Shown one piece after another: positions 36,133 to 44,395 of a stretch of 46,372 bases of DNA (positions are counted from its first letter, which is position 1; every line of letters starts with the position of its first letter). The DNA lies in contig JACIWF010000001.1 in NCBI GenBank assembly GCA_014361095.1, positions 1 through 46,372 on the forward strand, in the 5' to 3' direction. The stretch is from Hadesarchaea archaeon (GTDB lineage: Archaea > Hadarchaeota > Hadarchaeia > Hadarchaeales > Hadarchaeaceae). The notes under the pieces are model-generated. The model made no database searches. It was not told the DNA's origin and saw only the letters and a list, made by a program, of their open reading frames with translations. Made by a program: the position numbers and the translations under genes.

Positions 36133-36966
36133 ATGATATATTTAGGCCCCGCCGGAGTTCCCATCTCCAGCAAGGATCCCAGCACCCTCGGCGGCCTGAG
36201 GCGGGTCGCCGAGCTAAAGCTGAACGCGATGGAAATCGAGTTCGTCCGCGGAGTCGCGATGAGCAACCAGACCGCTGAGGAGGTCGGCGAGCTGGCCCGG
36301 GAGCTGAAGATCGAGCTCTCCGTCCACTGTCCCTACTTCATCAACCTGTGCTCCACGGACAAAAAGAAGCTCGAGGCCTCGAAGAAGCGAATTCTCGACT
36401 CCGTGGAGCGCTGCTACCACATGGGTGCCAGGATCGCGGTATTTCACCCCGGCTTTTACGGCTCGCTGACCCCGGAAGCCGCCTACGAGATGGTGAAGGA
36501 GGCCGACCTCGACATGCTGGACAGGATGAAGGCGATGGGCATCAAGGGGGTGGTGCTGGGCCACGAGACCACGGGCAAGGTCAGCGCCTTCGGGTCACTC
36601 GAGGAGCTGGTGAGGCTCTGCCGGGAGATCCGCGGCTGCGAGCCCGTCGTCGACTTCGCCCACCTCTGGGCCCGGAACGCGGGGAAAATAGACTACAGTG
36701 GTATCTTCGACCAACTGGAGCCGCTGAAGCTGAAACACCTGCACACCCACTTCACCAGCATGGAGTGGACGCCGGCCAAAACACCCGGGGCGGGGAACGA
36801 GCGGCGTCATCTGCCGATCTCTTTTGACCAGCCCCCGGTGGACCCGCTGGTCAAGGAGGTCCTCAGGAGAAACCTGAACATAACGATAATATCGGAATCA
36901 CCGGTTCTGGAACAGGACTCGCTGGTGTTGAAGAAAAAGTTTGAGAAATTAGGCTACCGATTTTAA
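36133..36966 (+). CDS. endonuclease IV / xylose-isomerase-like TIM-barrel protein (AP endonuclease family 2)
   Basis: 'LSVHCPYFINL', 'IAVFHPGFY', 'LGHETTG' and 'VDFAHLWA' metal-ligand-like blocks. Start is ATG 36133 (MIYLGPAG...). The upstream ORF extension is an artefact. Confidence 0.7.
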   Translation: MIYLGPAGVPISSKDPSTLGGLRRVAELKLNAMEIEFVRGVAMSNQTAEEVGELARELKIELSVHCPYFINLCSTDKKKLEASKKRILDSVERCYHMGARIAVFHPGFYGSLTPEAAYEMVKEADLDMLDRMKAMGIKGVVLGHETTGKVSAFGSLEELVRLCREIRGCEPVVDFAHLWARNAGKIDYSGIFDQLEPLKLKHLHTHFTSMEWTPAKTPGAGNERRHLPISFDQPPVDPLVKEVLRRNLNITIISESPVLEQDSLVLKKKFEKLGYRF

Positions 36967-38217
36967 CGCCCGGGGCAGATCCTGCCGGGCCACCGTCTCC
37001 TGCTTTCCCGTGGTCATGTCCCTGATGATGACCTGTCCCTTCTTCAGTTCCTTGGGCCCGACGACGACCACCCTTTTCACCCCGATGGCGTTGGCGTATT
37101 CCAGCGCCCGGCTGAACTTCCGCCCCATGAGGTCGATGTCCGCCGCCAGGCCAGCCCGGCGCAGCTCGGTGACCACCTTCATCGCCTCGGCGCGAACGCC
37201 TTCGGCAACGGGCAGGACCAGACAGTCCAGGCGGTCCCGGAGCGGCACCATCCGGCGCTCCAGCATCGTCTGGGCAATTCTGTCGATGCCAAAGGCGACC
37301 CCAACCGCTGGAGTCGGCTCTCCACCCAGCTGCTCCACCAGCTCATTGTAGCGGCCGCCTCCGGCGACCTGGACGCCGCCGAGGTAGACCTCAAAGACGA
37401 AATCGGTGTAGTAGTCGAGGCCCCGGGCGATGCCGAGGTCAAGCGAGAAGTTTTTGACGCCCAGCGAGGGCAGATAGTCGATAATGGTCTGGAGGTTCTT
37501 CAGCGCCGCCGAGGCCCTAGGAATCCCGCGCAGCGGCGGCGTTGCCTTTTCCAGAATTGAAACCTCACCCCGCAGTGAAATTAGTTCCCGCAGCAGCTTT
37601 TCCTCGGCGGGCTTTATCCCGGCCCTCTTGATCTCCTCACTGATGCGCCCCTCGTCTTTGGAATCCACAGCCCTGAGGACGGGATCCTGGGCCTCACCCT
37701 TAACCCCGGCGTAAGAGAGAAGCTCGCGGAGCAGGCGGATGTGGCCCAGCCTCAGCTCAAAATCGACGAAGCCGAGCTCCTCCATGATGTGGCTGCTGAG
37801 GGCGGCCACCTCGGCATCCGCGGCGGGATCATCCGTGCCGAGGATCTCCGCCCCGGACTGAAGGAACTGGCGCCATCTCTTTGACTGCGGCTCCTCGTAT
37901 CTGAAGCAGCTGCCAAAGTAGTAGAGCTTCACCGGCTTCGGCCTGGACCTGAGCCTCTGAATGTAGACCCGGACCACGGGTGCGGTGATCTCCGGGCGAA
38001 GGGCGAGGTCGCGGGAGGACTTGTCTTTAAAAGCGTAGAGCTGGCTCACCACGCTGGAGCCGCTTTTCTTGGTGAAGAGCTCGAGGTGCTCAAATATCGG
38101 CGTCTCGATCTCCTCGTAGCCGTAGCGCTTGAAGACCTCATCCATCCGGCGCATGACGTGGCGAATGCTCAGGAGCTCCTCGCCGAGAAGATCACGGGTG
38201 CCCCGCGGCGCCTGCAT
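36949..38217 (-). CDS. hisS: histidyl-tRNA synthetase
   Basis: 'MQAPRGTRDLL', 'LRPEITAPVVR', 'FRYEEPQSKRWRQF' and 'GGGRYNELV' class II HisRS motifs. 422 aa. Confidence 0.95.
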   Translation of the reverse strand: MQAPRGTRDLLGEELLSIRHVMRRMDEVFKRYGYEEIETPIFEHLELFTKKSGSSVVSQLYAFKDKSSRDLALRPEITAPVVRVYIQRLRSRPKPVKLYYFGSCFRYEEPQSKRWRQFLQSGAEILGTDDPAADAEVAALSSHIMEELGFVDFELRLGHIRLLRELLSYAGVKGEAQDPVLRAVDSKDEGRISEEIKRAGIKPAEEKLLRELISLRGEVSILEKATPPLRGIPRASAALKNLQTIIDYLPSLGVKNFSLDLGIARGLDYYTDFVFEVYLGGVQVAGGGRYNELVEQLGGEPTPAVGVAFGIDRIAQTMLERRMVPLRDRLDCLVLPVAEGVRAEAMKVVTELRRAGLAADIDLMGRKFSRALEYANAIGVKRVVVVGPKELKKGQVIIRDMTTGKQETVARQDLPRALKSVA

Positions 38218-38219
38218 GT

Positions 38220-41200
38220 TTAACCACCTCCGATGGTGAAGGTCCAGACCTGGGAGGTGTTTTCATTGGAGGCCTGGTCCACGGCAGACACTTTCCAATA
38301 GTAGCTGCCAGGAGATAAACCGGATGGTGGGGTAAAGGTCGTGCCGTCGATCAGGTTTTCCAGCACCGGTGAGCTGAAATCCTGTTTCTCAGCCACGACC
38401 AACCGGTAGCCCGCGGCCCCGGGAACACTGGACCAGGAAAATGTCGGTGTGTTATCCGTCAGCGTGGCGTTGTTCTCCGGGGTTAGCAGCTCCGGCGCCT
38501 CGGGGGGGACGGTGTCGATGGTAAAGGACCAGACCAGTGAGGAGGCCAGCTGGGAACCCACGACCGAGACCACCTTCCAGTGATAGTCGCCATCGGGCAG
38601 GGCCTCTGGCGCCGTGTAGCTCCGGGTCAAGCCGAGGGTGACGAAGATCTCCGGAGAGCCGAAGTTGATGTCGTCGTCAACCACCAGCCTGAAGTTGTCA
38701 GCCACTCCCCCTGCCCAGCTGAAGGTGGGCTGGCTGGTGTTGATCACCGCGTCCTTCTCTGGTGAAACCAGCGTCGGTGGTTGTGGTGGCACCCTGATGG
38801 TGAACCTGCCCTGGGACCAGCTGCTCTGATTTCCGGCAGGATCAACGGCCCTCACCCGCCACACGTAGACGCCGTTGTTCTGGAAGGTGAAGGAGAGGTT
38901 CTCGACCTCAAGCTGGTTGTCGACCAGGAACTCATCAGGATGGGCCTCGTTGTAGATCTGGACCTGGTAAACTGACCCAGGCTCCGACTTCGACCAGCTG
39001 AAGGTGATTCCAAACTTGGAGAAGATCGCTCCGTCCTGTGGTTCGATGATTTTCGGCACCTCGGGCGGCACGGTGTCGATGGTGAATGAGGCGGCCTCCG
39101 ACCAGCCTAGGAACTTTTCCTCCTTGTAGGCGGCCACGCGCCACCAGTAGCTGCCGTCGTCCAGAGCCACCGCGGTCGTGTAGCTCCTCTGGGTGGTCTC
39201 GGCCTGGATGATCGGGGAGGTGAAATCCTGATCCTTGGCGAGGACAAACTCATATCTCGTGGCGCCTATGCCTGAGGTCCAGCTAAACTCCGGGGTGCTG
39301 TCATTGACCAAAACATCACCGGTGGGGGAGATCGGCGACGGGGTGTGGTTGATCCTGAGGACCGCCACCGTGCCGTTGCTGCTCAGATAGGCCAGGCTCA
39401 TGTAGTCAGGAAGTGGAGCCACACTGCCGTAGACGCGCGTGTAAAGCGGGGGGCTGTTGTAGTAGGGACCACCGAGGACCGCAAAGACCTGGTCCAGCGA
39501 GGGTGTATTGGTCCAGCTGGGCAGATACAGCCGCAGCACCCGGGGAACTTGGATGCTCCCCCGGAAGTTATACCTGAAACTCACTATCTCGCCGCTCTGG
39601 TTGTAGTAGTAGATGACGACGCCGGCGCAGTAACGGTCGCCGTCGTCTCCCCTGATGAAGGCCGTGGTATTGTCGATGTCGAAGACAACATTTTCGCTGG
39701 CGAAGTTGAAGACCAGGTGGTTGTTTTCCACGCTCGCCCGCTGGCTGGACTCCCCGCTGTCGCTCGTGACCACCTGCAGCATGCTGTAGATCTGGTAGAC
39801 GTGGAGGATGAAGTAATCTATCTTCACGTCGTAGTTGTCGCGGTAGGTCTCCAGATAAAAGGCGACCTCATCGGTATCCAGTCCGGGGAATCTCTGGATG
39901 TCGGTTCTCCTGCCGTTGATGGTGTAGTGCTGGCTCAGGAACTTCCCCGTCGAGTCCTCAACCGTGTAGATATAGTCAGGAGGTTTCACTCCCGGCTGGT
40001 TCTCCCACTTTCCCGCCTCCCCTAGAATCTCTGCACCATCGACCACAGTAGGTCTTCTGGCAACGGCCGTGACCAGGTGGCCGTAGGACCATTCCACTGC
40101 CACCACCGAGTTCTCCGGGGTGTTCGTCCTGATCCAGTTGGAGGCTTCCACCAAGCCTTTATCCAGTCCCTCCTGTCCGTACCACTCTGGGGGCGGGACT
40201 GTGGCCTCCGCGTAGTTGTAGGCGTTGAGGACAAACGGTGAAACGAAGATGACGACGAGGGCGGTCACGGCGATGGGGTGCTCAGCCTCCTTCAACCAGC
40301 CCAGAGATGGAGAGGAATATGCCCTCCGAATCAACCGGAGCAGGGTCGCAAAGCCAACTCCGGTGAGGACTGGAACCAAAGGCCACCATTGACGAACGAA
40401 CCTAGCCGGGCCCACCCCAGGGTAGACCATCGCAACTAGGATGATTAGCCAAGCGATGACCAGAATCTCCCAGTTTTTCCTCGACCAGACAAACCTCGCC
40501 AGCGCCAGCGCGAACATGAGGACCATAAAAACCGTCAGGAGGGTGTCGGTGTAGAAAAGGCTCAGCGTCTCGGTGATGGGTCCGGCGGGCTGGGCCTCGG
40601 TGGCATAGGTGGGTAGCTTCACACCGCCGCCCGCTCCGATCCCGATGTATCCCAGCAGCATCTGGAAATAACCGACCCAGAAATCGGGCCTCTGTTTTCC
40701 GAGGACCACATAGATTACACTCATGACCGCCAGCATAATCACCACTCCGGCAATGTGCCAGAGGTGATCCCGAATGGAGGAGACGAGCGCCCCGAAGACC
40801 TCCGAGAATCTACGAACTAACCTCTCCAGGAATCTGAATAAGATGAGAAGGATGATTCCGCCGATGGGGACCGCGACAAAGTAAAGGGACCCTGCCCAAG
40901 CCAGCGAAAACAGACCAAAGGAAAGACCGGCAAGAAGGGCATACTTCAGAAAGTCGCCCTTAGAGGCCTTGAAGATCTTGATGGTGAAGAAAGCGGCGGT
41001 TAAGGTGAGGAGATTCACCAGGCAATCGCGGTCGAATGACCCTACCTTCATCCAGTAGATGGTGTTGGTCATCGTGGCGGCGAAGAAGACCGCAGCGGCC
41101 CCGGCAAGATCACCGCCGAGTTCCCTGCCGATGAGGAAGACTGGAATTAAGGAGAGAGCGAACATCAGCGGTCCCCAGATCCTGACCACATCCATCAAGG

Positions 41201-41495
41201 TGACTTCCGGAGCAACCGCGCTGACGCCTTTATAGAGCATCACCGCAAGCAGGGGTTGCAGCTGCTCGTTGAAAGAAACGGGTAGACCGTAGGGTGCGTG
41301 GGAAAGGGGATTATTGTCGACAAGGGTGCCCTTTTGTAATATCTCCACCGCGATGTTGTAGGTCCAGCCGCTGTCGGAGGTGGTGAGGGTGTTGTGCTCC
41401 TCTCCTGGCACCAAGAGGATCGAGGTGGAGAGCACCATCATCGCGATGAGGTAGATGACAATCAACCATCTTCGGTAGTTCAAGCCGACACCCAA
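38220..41495 (-). CDS. STT3/AglB-like GT-C oligosaccharyltransferase homologue with four C-terminal beta-sandwich repeats
   Basis: About 13 TM helices. EL1-like 'TSDSGWTYNIAVEILQKG...NPLSHAPYG'. 'GSFDRD' compares with STT3 'GSYDNE'. 'YATEAQP' compares with 'SVSEHQP'. 'VEWSYGH' occupies the position of WWDYG. The C-terminal 374 aa are four repeats of about 93 aa. 1091 aa. Confidence 0.7.
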   Translation of the reverse strand: MGVGLNYRRWLIVIYLIAMMVLSTSILLVPGEEHNTLTTSDSGWTYNIAVEILQKGTLVDNNPLSHAPYGLPVSFNEQLQPLLAVMLYKGVSAVAPEVTLMDVVRIWGPLMFALSLIPVFLIGRELGGDLAGAAAVFFAATMTNTIYWMKVGSFDRDCLVNLLTLTAAFFTIKIFKASKGDFLKYALLAGLSFGLFSLAWAGSLYFVAVPIGGIILLILFRFLERLVRRFSEVFGALVSSIRDHLWHIAGVVIMLAVMSVIYVVLGKQRPDFWVGYFQMLLGYIGIGAGGGVKLPTYATEAQPAGPITETLSLFYTDTLLTVFMVLMFALALARFVWSRKNWEILVIAWLIILVAMVYPGVGPARFVRQWWPLVPVLTGVGFATLLRLIRRAYSSPSLGWLKEAEHPIAVTALVVIFVSPFVLNAYNYAEATVPPPEWYGQEGLDKGLVEASNWIRTNTPENSVVAVEWSYGHLVTAVARRPTVVDGAEILGEAGKWENQPGVKPPDYIYTVEDSTGKFLSQHYTINGRRTDIQRFPGLDTDEVAFYLETYRDNYDVKIDYFILHVYQIYSMLQVVTSDSGESSQRASVENNHLVFNFASENVVFDIDNTTAFIRGDDGDRYCAGVVIYYYNQSGEIVSFRYNFRGSIQVPRVLRLYLPSWTNTPSLDQVFAVLGGPYYNSPPLYTRVYGSVAPLPDYMSLAYLSSNGTVAVLRINHTPSPISPTGDVLVNDSTPEFSWTSGIGATRYEFVLAKDQDFTSPIIQAETTQRSYTTAVALDDGSYWWRVAAYKEEKFLGWSEAASFTIDTVPPEVPKIIEPQDGAIFSKFGITFSWSKSEPGSVYQVQIYNEAHPDEFLVDNQLEVENLSFTFQNNGVYVWRVRAVDPAGNQSSWSQGRFTIRVPPQPPTLVSPEKDAVINTSQPTFSWAGGVADNFRLVVDDDINFGSPEIFVTLGLTRSYTAPEALPDGDYHWKVVSVVGSQLASSLVWSFTIDTVPPEAPELLTPENNATLTDNTPTFSWSSVPGAAGYRLVVAEKQDFSSPVLENLIDGTTFTPPSGLSPGSYYWKVSAVDQASNENTSQVWTFTIGGG
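38223..39344 (-). repeat. four tandem in-frame repeats of about 92-95 codons (Ig/FN3-like domains) inside the AglB-like CDS
   Basis: Repeat units are about 39344-39069, 39068-38790, 38789-38508 and 38507-38223. Each has 'P(T/E)FSW...Y.(L/F)VV......F..P......T.YT....L.DG.Y.W(R/K)V.A......S.W....FTIDTVPPE'. The boundary DNA 'CGGTGTCGATGGT' recurs at about 38519 and about 39069. Confidence 0.85.
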
Positions 41496-41541
41496 TAAGT
41501 TTAGAAAGAACAGCGCTTAAAGGCTACGAGCAGCGGGGATT

Positions 41542-41802
41542 TCACTCGGTTTTCTCAGGTTGGCTTTCTTCAGATGTCCTTGGCTCGGGCGGGGCTTCCT
41601 TTGTGGTCACCATGATCCAGCCCAGCCAGAATCCCAGCCCGCAAACGACGAGGATGCCAACCGTCACCGGCAGGGCAAAAGCCAAAGCTCCGCGCGCCCA
41701 AGCTCCAGCACCGCCACTTATGTAGCCGAAATAAATATGAGCGATCGCCACCACAATCGTGGCAATACAGAGCAAAGCCCCAAGAGGTCTAGTCGCCGCC
41801 AA
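41542..41802 (-). CDS. small membrane protein (2 TM) with acidic/Pro-rich tail
   Basis: 86 aa with two long hydrophobic segments and a 'KEAPPEPRTSEESQPEKTE' tail. It lies 46 nt upstream of the AglB-like gene on the same strand. Confidence 0.5.
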   Translation of the reverse strand: MAATRPLGALLCIATIVVAIAHIYFGYISGGAGAWARGALAFALPVTVGILVVCGLGFWLGWIMVTTKEAPPEPRTSEESQPEKTE

Positions 41803-41857
41803 TCAACCACCACTTCAAACATCATTTAAATGCTCCTTTTAAATAACTTTCGAGCAG

Positions 41858-41868
41858 GTTGATAAATA
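41858..41868 (+). promoter_or_regulatory. TATA box for the tRNA gene
   Basis: TTGATAAATAG is centred about 25 nt upstream of tRNA position 1 (41888), the canonical archaeal spacing. Confidence 0.5.
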
Positions 41869-41887
41869 GTGGCGACAAAATCATTAG

Positions 41888-41981
41888 CGGGCCCGTGGCC
41901 TAGCCAGGATAGGGCGGCAAGTGAAAAATCACCCGCAAGCGTCCTAAGCTGTAGATCGTGGGTTCGAATCCCACCGGGCCC
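41888..41981 (+). tRNA. tRNA-Arg (anticodon CCU) with a 19-nt intron; CCA not encoded
   Basis: Acceptor GGGCCCG/CGGGCCC, D arm GCCT-AGCCAGGATA-GGGC, T arm GTGGG-TTCGAAT-CCCAC, discriminator G. After intron removal the anticodon arm is GCAGC-GUCCUAA-GCUGU. The mature length is 75 nt. Confidence 0.8.
41919..41937 (+). other. tRNA intron at the non-canonical position 29/30 with a BHB-like motif
   Basis: The central 4-bp helix is 41913-16 GCGG with 41932-35 CCGC. The 3-nt bulges are CAA (41917-19) and AAG (41936-38). The inner hairpin is GUGA-AAAA-UCAC (41920-31). Cutting after the second bulge nucleotide reconstitutes the anticodon stem. Confidence 0.6.
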
Positions 41982-42154
41982 GCCTTTAAGCAAATCCCGC
42001 GCACGCGCCACGTTGAGCTCAAGAAAAATTTGGAGCGAACCGCCAAACTTGCACGGTGGCTTGAAAGGCTAAACCAGTTTAGTGTCTGTAAGCATGAAAA
42101 AATAAAGTAACCCCGCCACGGGATTTCCAAACTTCTGGGACCAGCACGCCCATG

Positions 42155-42706
42155 TCACTTTATATTCACGCGCTCTCCCGCTGGCCCGCGCTCCTCAACC
42201 CTCTTCAGAGTAATATCAAGCAGCCCGTTGATGTAGCTCGCGTCCGCGCTCTTGGGATCGACCTTACCAGGTAGCTCTATCTCCTTATGGTACTTGATCT
42301 CACCGCGCTCGGCGGAAACGGTGAGTCTATCCTCGGTGACGCGCAGGTCGATGTCCTCCTTTCTCACCCCGGGGAGCTCTATAGCCACCCTAATCTCCTC
42401 CTTAGAAGGAATCACCTCGACCAGCGGTTCCCGGTGCATGATGGGTGCTGGAAACGGCACTCCTTTCCTCAGGTTTCCAAAAGTTCTGATCTGGGGCTTG
42501 CCATCAGGCCCCACGGTCATGGAGTAGCCATAGATAATCGGCCCAAACATCCTCTCCACTGAGCCATCTGGCAGCTTTCTCTCCCTGAAGAACTCCCGCG
42601 GCATCATGGTTGAGAACTCCCGGAACATCTCCTCAATGGCCCGATCCAGCTCCCAGAAGAACCTAGAATAAGGCCGCCGGCGGAACCACTCCTCGAACCA
42701 GTCCAT
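42155..42706 (-). CDS. small heat-shock protein, Hsp20/alpha-crystallin family
   Basis: Alpha-crystallin domain 'PLVEVIPSKEEIRVAIELPGVRKEDIDLRVTEDRLTVSAE...ASYINGLLDITLKR'. 183 aa. Confidence 0.88.
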   Translation of the reverse strand: MDWFEEWFRRRPYSRFFWELDRAIEEMFREFSTMMPREFFRERKLPDGSVERMFGPIIYGYSMTVGPDGKPQIRTFGNLRKGVPFPAPIMHREPLVEVIPSKEEIRVAIELPGVRKEDIDLRVTEDRLTVSAERGEIKYHKEIELPGKVDPKSADASYINGLLDITLKRVEERGPAGERVNIK

Positions 42707-42766
42707 TAAGCCACCCCCAATATTATTTTGCCATCAATTCTAAAAAATAATGTTGGCTCTAGGAAA

Positions 42767-43048
42767 TCATGAATGCATAGCCCATTCACATCTTTTTAGC
42801 ACGTTTAAAGGTATTTTTTCCCGCCACTTCTCCAAGAAAGTAAGGTCCTGGTTCTTGTCCCTCATCTCGTCAGGCAGCATGTGGGGAACTCCTACCAGAA
42901 CTGGATACCATCTTGAGCATTTTGGGCAAATGATCACGCCCTCCTCGATCTCTCGACTTTCCCTGAAGCTGTAGAGTTCCAGCGGGTGCGCCTTGCAGAC
43001 GGGGCAGGCCAGCAGATCCATGAGTTCCCTTCTCATTATTTTCATCAT
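42767..43048 (-). CDS. Trm112-like zinc-ribbon protein with C-terminal extension
   Basis: 'LLACPVCKAHPLE...IICPKCSRWYPVLVGVPHMLPDE' is the Trm112/UPF0434 pattern. Candidate starts are ATG 43048, 43045 or 43036. The ORF extension to 43147 is unsupported. Confidence 0.7.
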   Translation of the reverse strand: MMKIMRRELMDLLACPVCKAHPLELYSFRESREIEEGVIICPKCSRWYPVLVGVPHMLPDEMRDKNQDLTFLEKWREKIPLNVLKRCEWAMHS

Positions 43049-43337
43049 GACTGCAACTGATGAATAAAAATGATTTACGGACTTAATGGACCAAACGGTT
43101 ATTTTCCTAGAACCGCTGTTTTCACAAAAACCCTTTAGTGAGATCAACGAGCAAGCTAAATTTAAGGGATGATTGAATCACCACCTACACCTCCCGTCGT
43201 GTCTCAGACAACGGAATTATCACTAAAGACCTTACACCATCCAAATAACTCGAACGTTTGACAACAGTTATCGCCGGTTCAGTTCTCAGCATCATCTGCC
43301 CGCGAACTTTCCTTCTTCTCTAAATCTCCATCCCTAG

Positions 43338-43345
43338 ATCCGGAA
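43338..43345. repeat. target-site duplication, left copy (AATTACAT)
   Basis: The identical 8-mer at 44419-44426 directly abuts the other IS end. 8 bp is the IS6-family TSD length. Confidence 0.7.
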
Positions 43346-43368
43346 CCAATTACATGGTTCCGCGTCTG
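43346..43368. repeat. IS left terminal inverted repeat
   Basis: GGTTCCGCGTCTGATTGAGGGCA. It matches the reverse complement of 44396-44418 (GGTTCTGCGACATTTTAAGGGCA) at 17/23 positions, with the best matches at both ends. Confidence 0.7.
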
Positions 43369-43398
43369 ATTGAGGGCAGAGTTTAGCATTCGATGAGT

Positions 43399-44337
43399 TC
43401 ATCCATCCCTCCGTCGCTCAGTCCGTACAGCAAATCCCGGACTCAAATCCCTCACTAGGTAAAAAAGCCTCGTCAGCCCTTCCCAGCTCGGCATTATGCT
43501 GAGCCGGCCTAAAATCCGCTTCAGCCTGCCCTTCCTGAAGAGGTTGTGCATGAAGTTGTACACTTGGAAGAACTGGTCCCCCAGTTCGAGGTTCTTGACG
43601 CCCCGCATGGAACGGACCTTCGGGGCGAGCGTCGAGTGGTAGCGTTCAATCCTGTTGTTGCTCAACAACACGGCGCCCTTGCCGTGTGGGTAGAGCTTCC
43701 CCTCGAAGTGGGCACGGACGTGCCTGGTGCGCCTGCCGAGCACGTTCACGCCCCGATCGTAGATGAAACAGTCGTCGCTCACCACGAAGTCCGGGGAAAA
43801 CCCGGCCGCATCCCTTGCCCTCCTCAGGGCTTCCCTGGCGGCCTCGGTGCTTCGCTCCGGGGCCAGGTAGCTGGCAACGACGTTGCTCCTAGAATCGAGG
43901 ACGGTTATCTGGTAGGCCCATTTCCTCCGCCCGCGCTTGTACTTCTCCGACGGGGCGCGGTCGTGGGGCGTGAACTTCTCGTCGACATGCCATACCTTGG
44001 AGAACCGCACCTTGTACCTCCCGAGGATGCGCCTTGCCGCCGGCCCGAACCGCTTGGGCCAGCGCTCGATCTGGCGGGCCGAGGCCTCGATGCCGAACAG
44101 TTCGAGGATCTCCTCGACTTGGTAGCTCGATAGCGGGTATTTGACGTAGAGCACTGTGGCCATCAGGACATCCCGCTCGGGCTTGTGCAGCCAGTGGTAG
44201 GGCGTTCCCGCCCGTTCATCGAACTTCTTGCCGCAGGACGGGCACACGTAGCGCTGCCGACCCGTGCGGCTAACTCCATTTTTCCAAGAGCCTGCTCCGC
44301 AGGCGGGGCATTTGGGGTTTGATTTGGGGCTCATCAA
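43399..44337 (-). CDS. IS6-family DDE transposase with N-terminal zinc finger
   Basis: 'CPACG...CPSCG' zinc finger. DDE blocks are 'VWHVDEKF', 'DFVVSDDCFIY' and 'NNRIERYHSTLAPKVRSMRG', the last being the IS6 N-N-x-I-E-x-x-H...K-x-R signature. 312 aa. Confidence 0.85.
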   Translation of the reverse strand: MMSPKSNPKCPACGAGSWKNGVSRTGRQRYVCPSCGKKFDERAGTPYHWLHKPERDVLMATVLYVKYPLSSYQVEEILELFGIEASARQIERWPKRFGPAARRILGRYKVRFSKVWHVDEKFTPHDRAPSEKYKRGRRKWAYQITVLDSRSNVVASYLAPERSTEAAREALRRARDAAGFSPDFVVSDDCFIYDRGVNVLGRRTRHVRAHFEGKLYPHGKGAVLLSNNRIERYHSTLAPKVRSMRGVKNLELGDQFFQVYNFMHNLFRKGRLKRILGRLSIMPSWEGLTRLFYLVRDLSPGFAVRTERRRDG

Positions 44338-44395
44338 ATCATCTCCAGGGGATTTCGCCCCACCGCCCCCGGCCAGCCAATTTAAATCTGACTTA

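Noticed and set aside
41826-42130. Three small ORFs (41826-42011 -, 41869-42072 +, 41900-42130 -).
   Set aside because: They overlap the tRNA-Arg gene and its flanks. The tRNA fold explains the sequence.
43165-43300. C/D-box sRNA-like motifs: UGAUUGA at about 43169 (+), and AGAUGAUGC...CUGA read on the minus strand around 43205-43300. A GAUGAUGU motif also occurs at about 44650.
   Set aside because: The box spacing is wrong: no 10-12 nt guide between C and D'. There is no C'/D' pair, no terminal stem, and the C boxes are imperfect.
43333-43345. Interpreting the whole 13-nt direct repeat GAACCAATTACAT as the target-site duplication.
   Set aside because: With a 13-nt TSD the adjacent sequences no longer form inverted repeats. 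Taking GGTTC.../...GAACC as the IS ends gives IS6-type termini and the family-typical 8-bp duplication, so the extra 5 nt are treated as part of the right IR plus a fortuitous or target-preference match.
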